Origin: Candidatus Omnitrophica bacterium UBA6253
GTDB taxonomy: Bacteria; Omnitrophota; Gorgyraeia; Gygaellales; Profunditerraquicolaceae
Reading direction: 5' to 3'
DNA: 64,000 nucleotides
NCBI GenBank assembly: GCA_002441245.1
Contig: DJVP01000001.1
Coordinates: 1,215-65,214, forward strand
The notes under the pieces are model-generated. The model was not told the origin of the DNA, did no database searches, and was given only the letters and a program-made list of their open reading frames with translations. Positions 9,923 to 18,031 of the stretch are shown one piece after another (position 1 is the stretch's first letter; each line of letters starts with the position of its first letter). The position numbers and the translations under genes were made by a program.

Positions 9923-12121
9923 ATGCCCCAGCCTGAAAAGTTGATCTTAGAGGTATTTAATCAGGGCGATTCACTTAAGATGGGTTTATTTGATCAGGTG
10001 CAATCCGCTCCTACTTTGCGGCACTACAGTTTAGTTACGGTATCTTTTGCCGAGTTAATAAATTTAAGTACAGATTTAATTGAGGTCTTAAACCGTCCTG
10101 CCAAAGATGAATTATCTAAAATTAACCAGTTAAAATCCCTGCAAAAAATAGGTCAGTTATTCTGGGATCATCTGCTCGGCCGTTCAATTAAGGAAAAGCT
10201 TAAAAATAGCCCGCCTTGCGTATTAACCCTTTCCCTGGATGAAGAGTTAATTTATATGCCTTGGGAACTAATTTTTGACGGCGTGAATTTCCTTTGTCTT
10301 AAATTTAGCTTAGGAAGATTAGTGCGTAGCAAAGGTGATTTGGCCTTGTTGCAATACCGTGATTTAACAGAGCGCTTAAAAATGTTGATTTTGGCTGATC
10401 CAAACGCAGATTTAAAATCCGCTTATGCAGAAGGCCTGAATATTAAGAATCAATTTAACCATAAAACCAGGAAGGTATATGTTGATTTTAAATCAACTAA
10501 TATAGATAAAACCTATGTTAAAAAGAATATTTGTGATTATGATATCGTACATTTTGCCGGTCATTGCGAATTTGACAGAAAAAATATCCAGCGAAGCGGT
10601 TGGGTTTTAAGCGACGGATTGTTTAAGGTGGAGGATGTCCTCAAGATGGGGCAGGGCTGCAGTATGCCGGCCTTAGTTTTTTCTAATGCCTGTCATTCTG
10701 CCCAGGCCAGTAGCGGATTAATTGATTTAGAATACCAGAGGGCAAGCTATGGCATGGCCAGCGCATTTTTGTTTGCAGGAGTAAGGCATTATGTCGGTAC
10801 AATCCGTAAGATTGAAGATAATCCCAGCCTTGTATTTGCCAGAGAATTTTATACGCAGCTTATTTTCGGAGTAAGCGTAGGTGAGTCGTTGCGCTTATCA
10901 AAGCTGAAGTTGATAAAACAATTCGGGCTGACTAGTTTACATTGGGTAAATTACCTTCTTTATGGAGATCCCAGCTTTGTTTTTTTTAGGTTCCAACGCC
11001 GCCGCAAAGAGCGCAAAAATAAACCGCCTGCTTTTTATAAAAAAGTTATGATTAAGTCCGCACTGGCAGCAGTTTTTATCTGTTGTAGTATTTTTTTGAT
11101 TTCGTGGCTGCCCAAGCTTAACCCTGGGAAGTTTTACCTGTTTCTTAATTCACAGGCAGAATACCGTAAGGGGAATAATGAGTCTGCGATAGTATCAGGT
11201 GAGAGGCTTATTGGAAAAGATCAAAACTTTTTAGCGGTCTATCCGATAATCGCAAATGCTTATCAGCGTCTGGGTAATAAAGATAAGGCCTTAAGATATT
11301 ATTTTGATTATGTGCTTAAAAGCGAAGGGGCAAATAATAAGAGGCATCTTATCCGGGCTTATATAAAACTGGGCTGGTTTTATCAATTGGATGGCCAATA
11401 TACTAAAGCACAAGAGTTATATAATAAGGCGATAAAATTAAGCCGGCTGGTGAATGATAAGCCCAGTGAAGCAGTGGCTTTAAGAAAGTTGGCTGTTTGG
11501 CATATAGATAAGAATAATCTTGGAGAGGCCTTGGACCTGTTGACTAAAAGTATAGCGATTAATTTAGAACATCAACGTAATTTTGAAAACGCCAGGAACC
11601 TGGCATGTGATTATTTTGATATTGGTTTGGTATTTGCCAATAAAAACGATTATGTTGCGGCAAGGGATTTCTACGAAAAAAGCCGTAAAATCTTTGAACG
11701 GTTAAATTTAAAGAATGAGTTAAGTGATTGCTATTTTAATTTAGGTGAAGTTTATCTTTATGAAAAAGAGTATAATAAGGCGTTGGATTATTATTTTAAG
11801 GGGATAAAGATAGATCAGCGGCAAAATAACAGGGTAAACTTAGTCTGCGGTTATAATATGATTGGTGAGCTATACATGGAAATTGATGATCTGTCTAAGG
11901 CTGAAGCATATTTTAAGGATTCCGCTAAACTGGCAGAAGAGATTAACAGTCGTATAGACCTTGCCAGTGTTAACTACAATTTGGGCCTGTTGTATAAGAA
12001 GCGGGGGAGAAAGAACATGGCCAGGCAGCATTGGCGCAAGGCGCAAGAGATATACAGATCGATTGACTTTGATAAATACCAGGAGATTCGTAATCAGTTA
12101 CTGGAGCTGGATAACATTTAA
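9923..12121 (+). CDS. membrane-anchored protein with a CHAT-domain (caspase-like protease) followed by TPR repeats
   Basis: The CHAT His/Cys dyad motifs VHFAGHCEF and LVFSNACHSA are present. One TM helix (SALAAVFICCSIFLISWLP) follows, then at least six TPR-like repeats over residues 400 to 730. Confidence 0.7.
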   Translation: MPQPEKLILEVFNQGDSLKMGLFDQVQSAPTLRHYSLVTVSFAELINLSTDLIEVLNRPAKDELSKINQLKSLQKIGQLFWDHLLGRSIKEKLKNSPPCVLTLSLDEELIYMPWELIFDGVNFLCLKFSLGRLVRSKGDLALLQYRDLTERLKMLILADPNADLKSAYAEGLNIKNQFNHKTRKVYVDFKSTNIDKTYVKKNICDYDIVHFAGHCEFDRKNIQRSGWVLSDGLFKVEDVLKMGQGCSMPALVFSNACHSAQASSGLIDLEYQRASYGMASAFLFAGVRHYVGTIRKIEDNPSLVFAREFYTQLIFGVSVGESLRLSKLKLIKQFGLTSLHWVNYLLYGDPSFVFFRFQRRRKERKNKPPAFYKKVMIKSALAAVFICCSIFLISWLPKLNPGKFYLFLNSQAEYRKGNNESAIVSGERLIGKDQNFLAVYPIIANAYQRLGNKDKALRYYFDYVLKSEGANNKRHLIRAYIKLGWFYQLDGQYTKAQELYNKAIKLSRLVNDKPSEAVALRKLAVWHIDKNNLGEALDLLTKSIAINLEHQRNFENARNLACDYFDIGLVFANKNDYVAARDFYEKSRKIFERLNLKNELSDCYFNLGEVYLYEKEYNKALDYYFKGIKIDQRQNNRVNLVCGYNMIGELYMEIDDLSKAEAYFKDSAKLAEEINSRIDLASVNYNLGLLYKKRGRKNMARQHWRKAQEIYRSIDFDKYQEIRNQLLELDNI

Positions 12122-12137
12122 ATAATGAATAAAATTC

Positions 12138-12189
12138 TTGACAAATATTTTTTTTCAGTTATACTCTACTATGTTTATAGGGATAGTAG
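12138..12189 (+). promoter_or_regulatory. promoter plus inverted-repeat operator upstream of the Rrf2 regulator gene
   Basis: TTGACA at 12138-12143 is followed by a 16-nt spacer and TATACT at 12160-12165. Directly after it sits CTACTAT at 12166-12172, a 10-nt gap, and ATAGTAG at 12183-12189, a 7-bp inverted repeat overlapping the start site. Confidence 0.45.
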
Positions 12190-12205
12190 ACAAGAAGGAG
12201 AAAAG

Positions 12206-12646
12206 ATGAGGATTACTTACAAGGGTGATTATGCGCTAAAGGCACTACTGGATTTAGCGGTTCATTATGAATCAGGGGTATCTACGATTAATGATATTGC
12301 TAAGCGTATTGATGCCCCGGTAAAATTTCTTGAACAGGTTCTTCTGGATTTGAAAAAGGGAGGTTTTGTGGAGAGCAGGCGCGGCAATGTCGGCGGGTAT
12401 CATTTAGCCAAAGATCCGGTTAAGATTACATTAGGCCAGGTAGTGCGTTATATCGAGGGTCCGATAGAGCCCATTTCTTGTGTAGAAAAAGGCTACGCCA
12501 AATGCAGTGATTTGAGTTGTTGTTTGTTCAGGGGAGTTTGGCAAAAGGTAGCTAATGTTACTTCGGATATAATTGATAATGTTACTTTCGGCGATTTAGC
12601 TGGCCAATTTAACGCTAAAAAAGAAGTTTTTGCTTATTCAATTTAA
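12206..12646 (+). CDS. Rrf2-family transcriptional regulator (IscR/CymR-like)
   Basis: The N-terminus MRITYKGDYALKALLDLAVHYESGVSTINDIAKRIDAPVKFLEQVL is an Rrf2 wHTH. A Cys cluster (CVEKGYAKCSDLSCC) could ligate Fe-S. An AAGGAG ribosome-binding site lies 6 nt upstream of the ATG at 12206, and the track ORF starts earlier in the same frame. Confidence 0.75.
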   Translation: MRITYKGDYALKALLDLAVHYESGVSTINDIAKRIDAPVKFLEQVLLDLKKGGFVESRRGNVGGYHLAKDPVKITLGQVVRYIEGPIEPISCVEKGYAKCSDLSCCLFRGVWQKVANVTSDIIDNVTFGDLAGQFNAKKEVFAYSI

Positions 12647-12664
12647 GGTGCAAGAGGAGGTAAG

Positions 12665-13960
12665 ATGAGTAAGATAGATAATAAATTAAAGATAGAGACG
12701 TTGGCCTTGCATGGCGGGCAGGATCCGGATCCTGTTACAGGTTCGCGAGCAGTACCTATTTATCAAACAACATCCTATCAGTTTAAAAGCACCGAGCATG
12801 CTGCCAATCTTTTTGGATTAAAGGAACCCGGCAACATATATACGCGTTTAATGAATCCAACTACCGATGTGTTTGAAAGGAGGATGGCTTTATTAGACGG
12901 GGGGCTAGGAGCTTTGGCTGTAGCCAGTGGTCAATCAGCGATTACTCTTGCCTTGCTTAATATCGCTCAAGCGGGAGATGAAATTTTATCGGCGGATAAC
13001 CTCTATGGCGGTACATATAATCTTTTGCATTATACCTTTTCCCGGCTGGGGATAAAGGTTAACTTCGTGCCATCAAATGATATGGATGCTTTGCAAAAAG
13101 CCATTACTCCTAGAACCAAGGCGGTTTATGCCGAGTCAATTGGTAATCCTAAGCTAAATGTAGCGGATTTGGAGGGCATCTCTAAAATAGCGCATAAAAA
13201 TGGTATCCCGTTTGTATTAGACAATACTGTTTCTCCGTATTTATTACGGCCGATTGACTTTGGAGTCGATATTGTAGTTTATTCAGCAACTAAATTTATT
13301 GGCGGTCATGGTACAAGTTTGGGGGGAGTCATTGTTGATTCAGGTAAATTTGATTGGACAAACGGCAAGTTCCCTTTAATTGCTGACCCGGATCCTAGTT
13401 ATCATGGGGTTAATTTTATTGAGTCGCTTAAAGCTCAGGGCAACATTGCATACATTGTTAAGGCACGGGTCAGTTTATTACGGGATTTGGGGCCGGCATT
13501 GTCCCCGTTTAATTCATTTTTGTTCTTACAGGGCTTAGAAACATTACATTTAAGATTGCCTCGGCATTCTGAGAATGCCTTGGCTGTGGCTGAATTCTTA
13601 AGAAAACATCCAAAGGTGAGCTGGGTAAATTATCCGGGATTGGATGATAGTCCGGAAAAGGAGAGGGTAAAGAAATATCTGCCTAAAGGGGCAGGGGCTA
13701 TTATAGGTTTTGGGATTAAGGGTGGCCTTGAAGCAGGAAAAAGATTTATTGATTCCCTTGAGTTGATTTCGCATCTTGCAAATGTTGGCGATGCCAAGAG
13801 TTTGGCTATCCATCCGGCGACTACCACTCATCAACAGCTATCTATCCAAGAGCAGCTATCAACCGGTGTAACTGCAGATTTTATCCGTTTGTCAATTGGA
13901 ATAGAACATATAGATGATATAATTAGCGATATTGATAAAGCATTGACAAAAGCGGCGTAG
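12665..13960 (+). CDS. metY: O-acetylhomoserine/O-acetylserine sulfhydrylase (PLP-dependent, MetY family)
   Basis: The protein is a Cys/Met-metabolism PLP enzyme with the lysine motif in [17 protein letters not shown]. Its length and termini fit MetY. Confidence 0.8.
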   Translation: MSKIDNKLKIETLALHGGQDPDPVTGSRAVPIYQTTSYQFKSTEHAANLFGLKEPGNIYTRLMNPTTDVFERRMALLDGGLGALAVASGQSAITLALLNIAQAGDEILSADNLYGGTYNLLHYTFSRLGIKVNFVPSNDMDALQKAITPRTKAVYAESIGNPKLNVADLEGISKIAHKNGIPFVLDNTVSPYLLRPIDFGVDIVVYSATKFIGGHGTSLGGVIVDSGKFDWTNGKFPLIADPDPSYHGVNFIESLKAQGNIAYIVKARVSLLRDLGPALSPFNSFLFLQGLETLHLRLPRHSENALAVAEFLRKHPKVSWVNYPGLDDSPEKERVKKYLPKGAGAIIGFGIKGGLEAGKRFIDSLELISHLANVGDAKSLAIHPATTTHQQLSIQEQLSTGVTADFIRLSIGIEHIDDIISDIDKALTKAA

Positions 13961-13970
13961 AAGGGGTAAT

Positions 13971-14933
13971 ATGACTAAGATATTTTCTGATATTACTAAA
14001 ACTGTAGGCAACACTCCTTTAATAAAGTTAAACCGCATTAGTGAAGGACTGGCGGCTACAGTATTGGTAAAACTGGAATCATTTAACCCTCTTTCAAGCG
14101 TTAAAGATCGTATAGGTGTAGCTATGATCGAAGACGCAGAAAAAAGAGGTTTACTTAAGAAGAACACTATAATTATTGAGCCGACAAGTGGAAACACCGG
14201 AGTGGCTTTGGCGTTTGTCGCTGCGGCTAAGGGTTATAAGCTGATCTTGACTATGCCTGATTCTATGAGTATAGAAAGAAGGCAGCTTTTAGCGATTTTT
14301 GGCGCGCAGCTTGTTTTGACCCCTGGAGTAGAAGGGATGAAGGGGGCAGTAAAGAAAGCTGAGGAGTTGGCCAAAGAAACTCCTAATGCAATTATCTTGC
14401 AGCAATTTAACAATCCAGCTAATCCTGAGATTCATCGCAAGACTACTGCCGAAGAGATTTGGAAAGATACCGACGGCAAGATTGATATTCTTGTTGCGGG
14501 AGTTGGTACAGGCGGGACAATTACAGGTATTGCCGAAGTAATTAAAGAAAAGAAACCCGGTTTTAAGGCAATAGCAGTTGAGCCTGACACTTCTGCGGTT
14601 TTATCCGGGGGCACTCCAGGTCCGCATAAGATTCAGGGTATAGGGGCAGGATTTATCCCGGAGGTTCTGAACCGGGATATAATTGATGAGGTTATCCGTG
14701 TAACTAATGATGATGCCGGTTCTATAGCCAGGGAATTGGCAAAATCGGATGGGATTTTGGTTGGTATATCAAGCGGGGCAGCATTATGGGCTGCTTTAAA
14801 AGTAGCTAAACGCAAGGAGAATAGAGGCAAGGTTATTGTGGTTATTCTTCCTGATACCGGAGAGCGCTACTTGACTAGCTGGCTTTTTCAAGAGGGAAAA
14901 TATGAACAAAGAAAAGAAAATAATTCAAAATAA
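13971..14933 (+). CDS. cysK: cysteine synthase A (O-acetylserine sulfhydrylase)
   Basis: [15 protein letters not shown] and the [17 protein letters not shown]-lysine region match CysK/CysM. The protein is 320 aa. Confidence 0.85.
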   Translation: MTKIFSDITKTVGNTPLIKLNRISEGLAATVLVKLESFNPLSSVKDRIGVAMIEDAEKRGLLKKNTIIIEPTSGNTGVALAFVAAAKGYKLILTMPDSMSIERRQLLAIFGAQLVLTPGVEGMKGAVKKAEELAKETPNAIILQQFNNPANPEIHRKTTAEEIWKDTDGKIDILVAGVGTGGTITGIAEVIKEKKPGFKAIAVEPDTSAVLSGGTPGPHKIQGIGAGFIPEVLNRDIIDEVIRVTNDDAGSIARELAKSDGILVGISSGAALWAALKVAKRKENRGKVIVVILPDTGERYLTSWLFQEGKYEQRKENNSK

Positions 14934-16062
14934 TAAGGTGGGTATTGTGAAGACGCACACCTTCTCTTTTGATTCGCTTAAACTTGAGAGCGGGGAGAAG
15001 TTTGGGCCGGTTAATCTGGCTTATGAGACATATGGTTTTCTGAATAAGGATAAATCAAACGCTATTCTTATAACGCATGCCCTTTCGGGGGATGCGCATG
15101 CGGCTGGGGTTCATGAAGGCAAGGACAATCCCGGATGGTGGGACGATTTTATCGGCCCGGCAAAGGCATTTGATACCGATAAATATTTTGTGATTTGTTC
15201 AAATATACTTGGTGGGTGTAAGGGCTCAACTGGGCCGGCAAGTATAAATCCAAAGACTGCCAGGCCGTATGCTTTGGATTTTCCGTTAATCACCATTAAT
15301 GATATAGTTAATGCCCAGAAACGTTTGGTCGAGTATCTGGGAATAGAGAAGTTGCTTTCAGTAGTTGGCGGTTCAATGGGTGGGCAACAGGTCCTATCCT
15401 GGTTGGTTAATTATCCACAGAATATTCGCAGTGCAGTACCTATCGCCACAACGATTAAGCATTCGCCGCAACAGATCGCTTTTAATGAGGTAGGTAGGCA
15501 GGCAATTATGGCTGATGGGCATTGGAAATCCGGTAGTTATTATGAAGGCACTGCCCCATCTAAAGGTTTAGCGGTAGCCAGGATGATCGGCCATATTACA
15601 TATATGAGCGATAAATCTATGGCGGAAAAATTTGGCCGGGCTAAGAAAGATATTGCCGAAACATTTAAATTTACCGCTGATTTTGAAGTAGAGGGTTACC
15701 TGCGTTACCGCGGAGATAATTTTGTTAAGCGCTTTGACGCAAATTCCTACCTTTACATTACCAAGGCTATGGATAACTTTGATGCTTCAGGAGGCAGGCG
15801 TTTTGAAGAGATTTTGCGTGGGATTAAAGTAAAGGTTCTGGTTATCTCTTTTAAATCTGATTGGCTGTATCCTGCCTATCAATCAAAGGAGATAGTTAAG
15901 GCTTGCAAGCTTGCCGGGGTTGAGACAACCTACTGCGAAATTGCCTCAACCTATGGGCATGACGCATTTCTTTTAGAGGTGGAAGAGGAAACGCATTTGC
16001 TCAAGCATTTTCTTAAAAAAGTATTTTATGCTTATGAGGTGACTGGTGATTATGGCGCGTAA
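14902..16062 (+). CDS. metX: homoserine O-acetyltransferase
   Basis: This is an alpha/beta-hydrolase MetX with [12 protein letters not shown] around the nucleophile Ser and HDAFL for the catalytic His. The start overlaps the cysK 3' end by 32 nt and is preceded by GAGGG. Confidence 0.8.
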   Translation: MNKEKKIIQNNKVGIVKTHTFSFDSLKLESGEKFGPVNLAYETYGFLNKDKSNAILITHALSGDAHAAGVHEGKDNPGWWDDFIGPAKAFDTDKYFVICSNILGGCKGSTGPASINPKTARPYALDFPLITINDIVNAQKRLVEYLGIEKLLSVVGGSMGGQQVLSWLVNYPQNIRSAVPIATTIKHSPQQIAFNEVGRQAIMADGHWKSGSYYEGTAPSKGLAVARMIGHITYMSDKSMAEKFGRAKKDIAETFKFTADFEVEGYLRYRGDNFVKRFDANSYLYITKAMDNFDASGGRRFEEILRGIKVKVLVISFKSDWLYPAYQSKEIVKACKLAGVETTYCEIASTYGHDAFLLEVEEETHLLKHFLKKVFYAYEVTGDYGA

Positions 16063-16645
16063 GGACATCCAGCTGGACCATGGGGTAATCCTGGATTTGA
16101 TTAAGCCGCATTCTACTGTTTTAGACCTGGGCTGCGGCAATGGGGATCTTTTGTACCTTTTGATAAAAGAGAAGAATGCCCGTGTCCAGGGTATCGAAAT
16201 CGATGAACAGGCTATCTATAAATGCGTAGCCAAGGGGTTGAATGTATTTCACGGAGATGTCGATAGCGGGCTGGCTGAATTTAGCGATAAGTCTTTTGAT
16301 TATGTGGTACTTAACCAAAGTTTGCAGCAGATTCTGCATGTGGATAAGGTGCTTATTGATGCATTACGGGTAGGTAAGAAGGTAATCGTAGGGTTCCCCA
16401 ACTTTGCTCATTACAAATCAAGGCTTCAGATGTTTTTCCAGGGCAGGACCCCGGTAACCGGAGCGCTTCCTTATCAATGGTATGAGACGCCAAATTTACA
16501 TTTTTTGAGCATATCTGATTTTAAGAGATATTGCCGTATAAAAGGGATTAATATTGAGCGCGGTGTTTGTATTGGAGTGACAAGAAAAACCCCGTTTTTA
16601 CCTAATTTGTTTGCGGAAACAGGCATATTTTTGATCTCAAAATAA
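16046..16645 (+). CDS. metW: methionine biosynthesis protein MetW (SAM-MTase-like)
   Basis: VLDLGCGNGDLL and its position directly after metX give the canonical metXW pair. Confidence 0.75.
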   Translation: MIMARKDIQLDHGVILDLIKPHSTVLDLGCGNGDLLYLLIKEKNARVQGIEIDEQAIYKCVAKGLNVFHGDVDSGLAEFSDKSFDYVVLNQSLQQILHVDKVLIDALRVGKKVIVGFPNFAHYKSRLQMFFQGRTPVTGALPYQWYETPNLHFLSISDFKRYCRIKGINIERGVCIGVTRKTPFLPNLFAETGIFLISK

Positions 16646-16656
16646 CGGAGGGGCGC

Positions 16657-16842
16657 ATGCCTTATATTAATTTAAAATTAGTCGGTAAACTTAGTAAAGA
16701 ACAAAAGGAGAAAATCGCCAGGGAGTTTTCTGAAACACTTTTAAGGGTAGCGGGAAAGCCTAAGGATAGCCTTTATCTGGTAATTGATGAAGTAAGCGGT
16801 GAGAATTGGGCTAAAGGAGATAAGTTTTTCGGCCTATCTTGA
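16657..16842 (+). CDS. 4-oxalocrotonate tautomerase-family protein
   Basis: The 61 aa protein begins MPYINLKL with Pro1, and the conserved beta-alpha-beta spacing is present. Confidence 0.6.
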   Translation: MPYINLKLVGKLSKEQKEKIAREFSETLLRVAGKPKDSLYLVIDEVSGENWAKGDKFFGLS

Positions 16843-16883
16843 CAAAGTGTTAATAATATGTTATATTTTCGTGTAAATTTACA
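16839..16883 (+). promoter_or_regulatory. strong sigma-70 consensus promoter with a 12-bp palindrome at the predicted transcription start
   Basis: TTGACA at 16839-16844 is followed by a 17-nt spacer and TATATT at 16862-16867. A perfect palindrome TGTAAATTTACA follows at 16872-16883. Confidence 0.45.
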
Positions 16884-17026
16884 TTTTTGACAATTTGGTA
16901 TTTTACCTAATGACAAAGGCTAACTAGCAGTAATGCTGGGGCGCAAAACTTCCGATCCTCTAAAAAGAGGAAAGCGGGGTTGCCAAGTAGGGGGAAACCC
17001 TAAAAGAAGCCTTTTAGGGTTTTTTT
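16875..17026 (+). ncRNA. candidate small RNA or structured leader of about 150 nt, bounded by a promoter and an intrinsic terminator
   Basis: No ORF of 60 aa or more lies here. Internal hairpins are present, for example CCTCTaaaaAGAGG. The region ends in the terminator at 16998-17026. Its identity is unknown, since no SRP, 6S or tmRNA signature was recognised. Confidence 0.25.
16998..17026 (+). terminator. rho-independent terminator
   Basis: A 9-bp stem (CCCTAAAAG with a 4-nt loop AAGC and CTTTTAGGG) is followed by TTTTTTT. Confidence 0.7.
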
Positions 17027-17056
17027 GTTTATAGGCCATTTAAAGAAAGGGGGAGT

Positions 17057-17179
17057 ATGATGAAGAGAATTTTGCATAAAGCCTTGGCCAGAGCTAAGAA
17101 GCAACATAAAAAGCATATGAATTTTCTTAAGGCCTTAAGGTTATTTGAAGGTATGCCATTATTTGGCATTCGCCGCTAA
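17057..17179 (+). CDS. very basic 40-aa small protein (MMKRILHKALARAKKQHKKHMNFLKALRLFEGMPLFGIRR)
   Basis: A strong Shine-Dalgarno sequence (AAGGGGGAG) lies just upstream. The Lys/Arg/His-rich N-terminus suggests nucleic-acid binding. The ORF falls below the track size cutoff and no family was recognised. Confidence 0.25.
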   Translation: MMKRILHKALARAKKQHKKHMNFLKALRLFEGMPLFGIRR

Positions 17180-17239
17180 AATAGTAAAATTTTACTTGAT
17201 TTCTTGTATTTTCTATTTATAATAAGGAGGTGGTTAAAT

Positions 17240-17503
17240 ATGCAAGATAATGGGGGGCAAGTTGTTACGCATAGAGTAATCACCATGCTAGGCCGGCAGG
17301 AAATGGATTATCTTGATAAATTGGGTAAAGATGCCCTATTCTCTACTGGTCATAAACTTTCCTACAATGATATCTTGCGAGGGCTGATTGATTTTGCTAT
17401 GGAAGCAGGGATATCCGGAGAAAAAATAGATTCAGCTGAGACTTTTAAGGATAGGTTATTACGCCAATTAAGCAGACAAGAGATTAAAAAAGGAGGAAAC
17501 TAA
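17240..17503 (+). CDS. small protein, possibly a ribbon-helix-helix DNA-binding protein
   Basis: AGGAGG lies 9 nt upstream of the ATG at 17240. The beta-strand-like VTHRVITML is followed by helices EMDYLDKLGKDA and KLSYNDILRGLIDFAM, consistent with a CopG/Arc-like fold. The track ORF starts at an upstream TTG. Confidence 0.3.
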   Translation: MQDNGGQVVTHRVITMLGRQEMDYLDKLGKDALFSTGHKLSYNDILRGLIDFAMEAGISGEKIDSAETFKDRLLRQLSRQEIKKGGN

Positions 17504-17925
17504 TGAAAAACCTGATTTTGGTTTTAAGCGTACTCGTATTAATCTTTGGTGGCCTAACAATTGGATATTGCTATGATAATGAGGCTGATGGTGAATATAC
17601 CTTTAATTCGCCTCCTGTAGAGATTGACCGTGATGAGATTCCTTATGGCAACTCTGCGATTAATAAGCTTGAGCGAGGGGTAATCAATATGGCTACGTTT
17701 TGGATGGAGATTCCTGCTGAAGTAGCTAAAGTTTCCAAGGAGCAGGACCCTGCGGCAGGAGTAACCGTTGGGGTGGTAAATGGGGTAATCACCAGTGCTA
17801 TACGCGGAGTGACCGCAATCTATGATACAGCTACTTTTCCCGTCCCTTCATATACTAAGCCGGCAATGAAACCGGAATATGCCTGGAAGGCAGCTGATGA
17901 TAAGATAAAAGCCTGGCTTTGGTAA
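17503..17925 (+). CDS. small exported hypothetical protein
   Basis: The N-terminal signal or TM segment is MKNLILVLSVLVLIFGGLTIGYC. The start overlaps the upstream stop as TAATG. No family was assigned. Confidence 0.4.
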   Translation: MKNLILVLSVLVLIFGGLTIGYCYDNEADGEYTFNSPPVEIDRDEIPYGNSAINKLERGVINMATFWMEIPAEVAKVSKEQDPAAGVTVGVVNGVITSAIRGVTAIYDTATFPVPSYTKPAMKPEYAWKAADDKIKAWLW

Positions 17926-17952
17926 TTAAAAGAACATAAGCTTAAAAGTTAA

Positions 17953-17985
17953 AAGGCGTCCTTGAATAAAGGGCGCCTTTTTTTT
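17953..17985 (+). terminator. rho-independent terminator
   Basis: The stem pairs AAGGCG with CGCCTT around an internal loop and is followed by TTTTTTTT. Confidence 0.6.
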
Positions 17986-18031
17986 GTTAGATTCTTACGC
18001 CTCCAGCGTCAATTATGCCAGGAGGTGTAAA

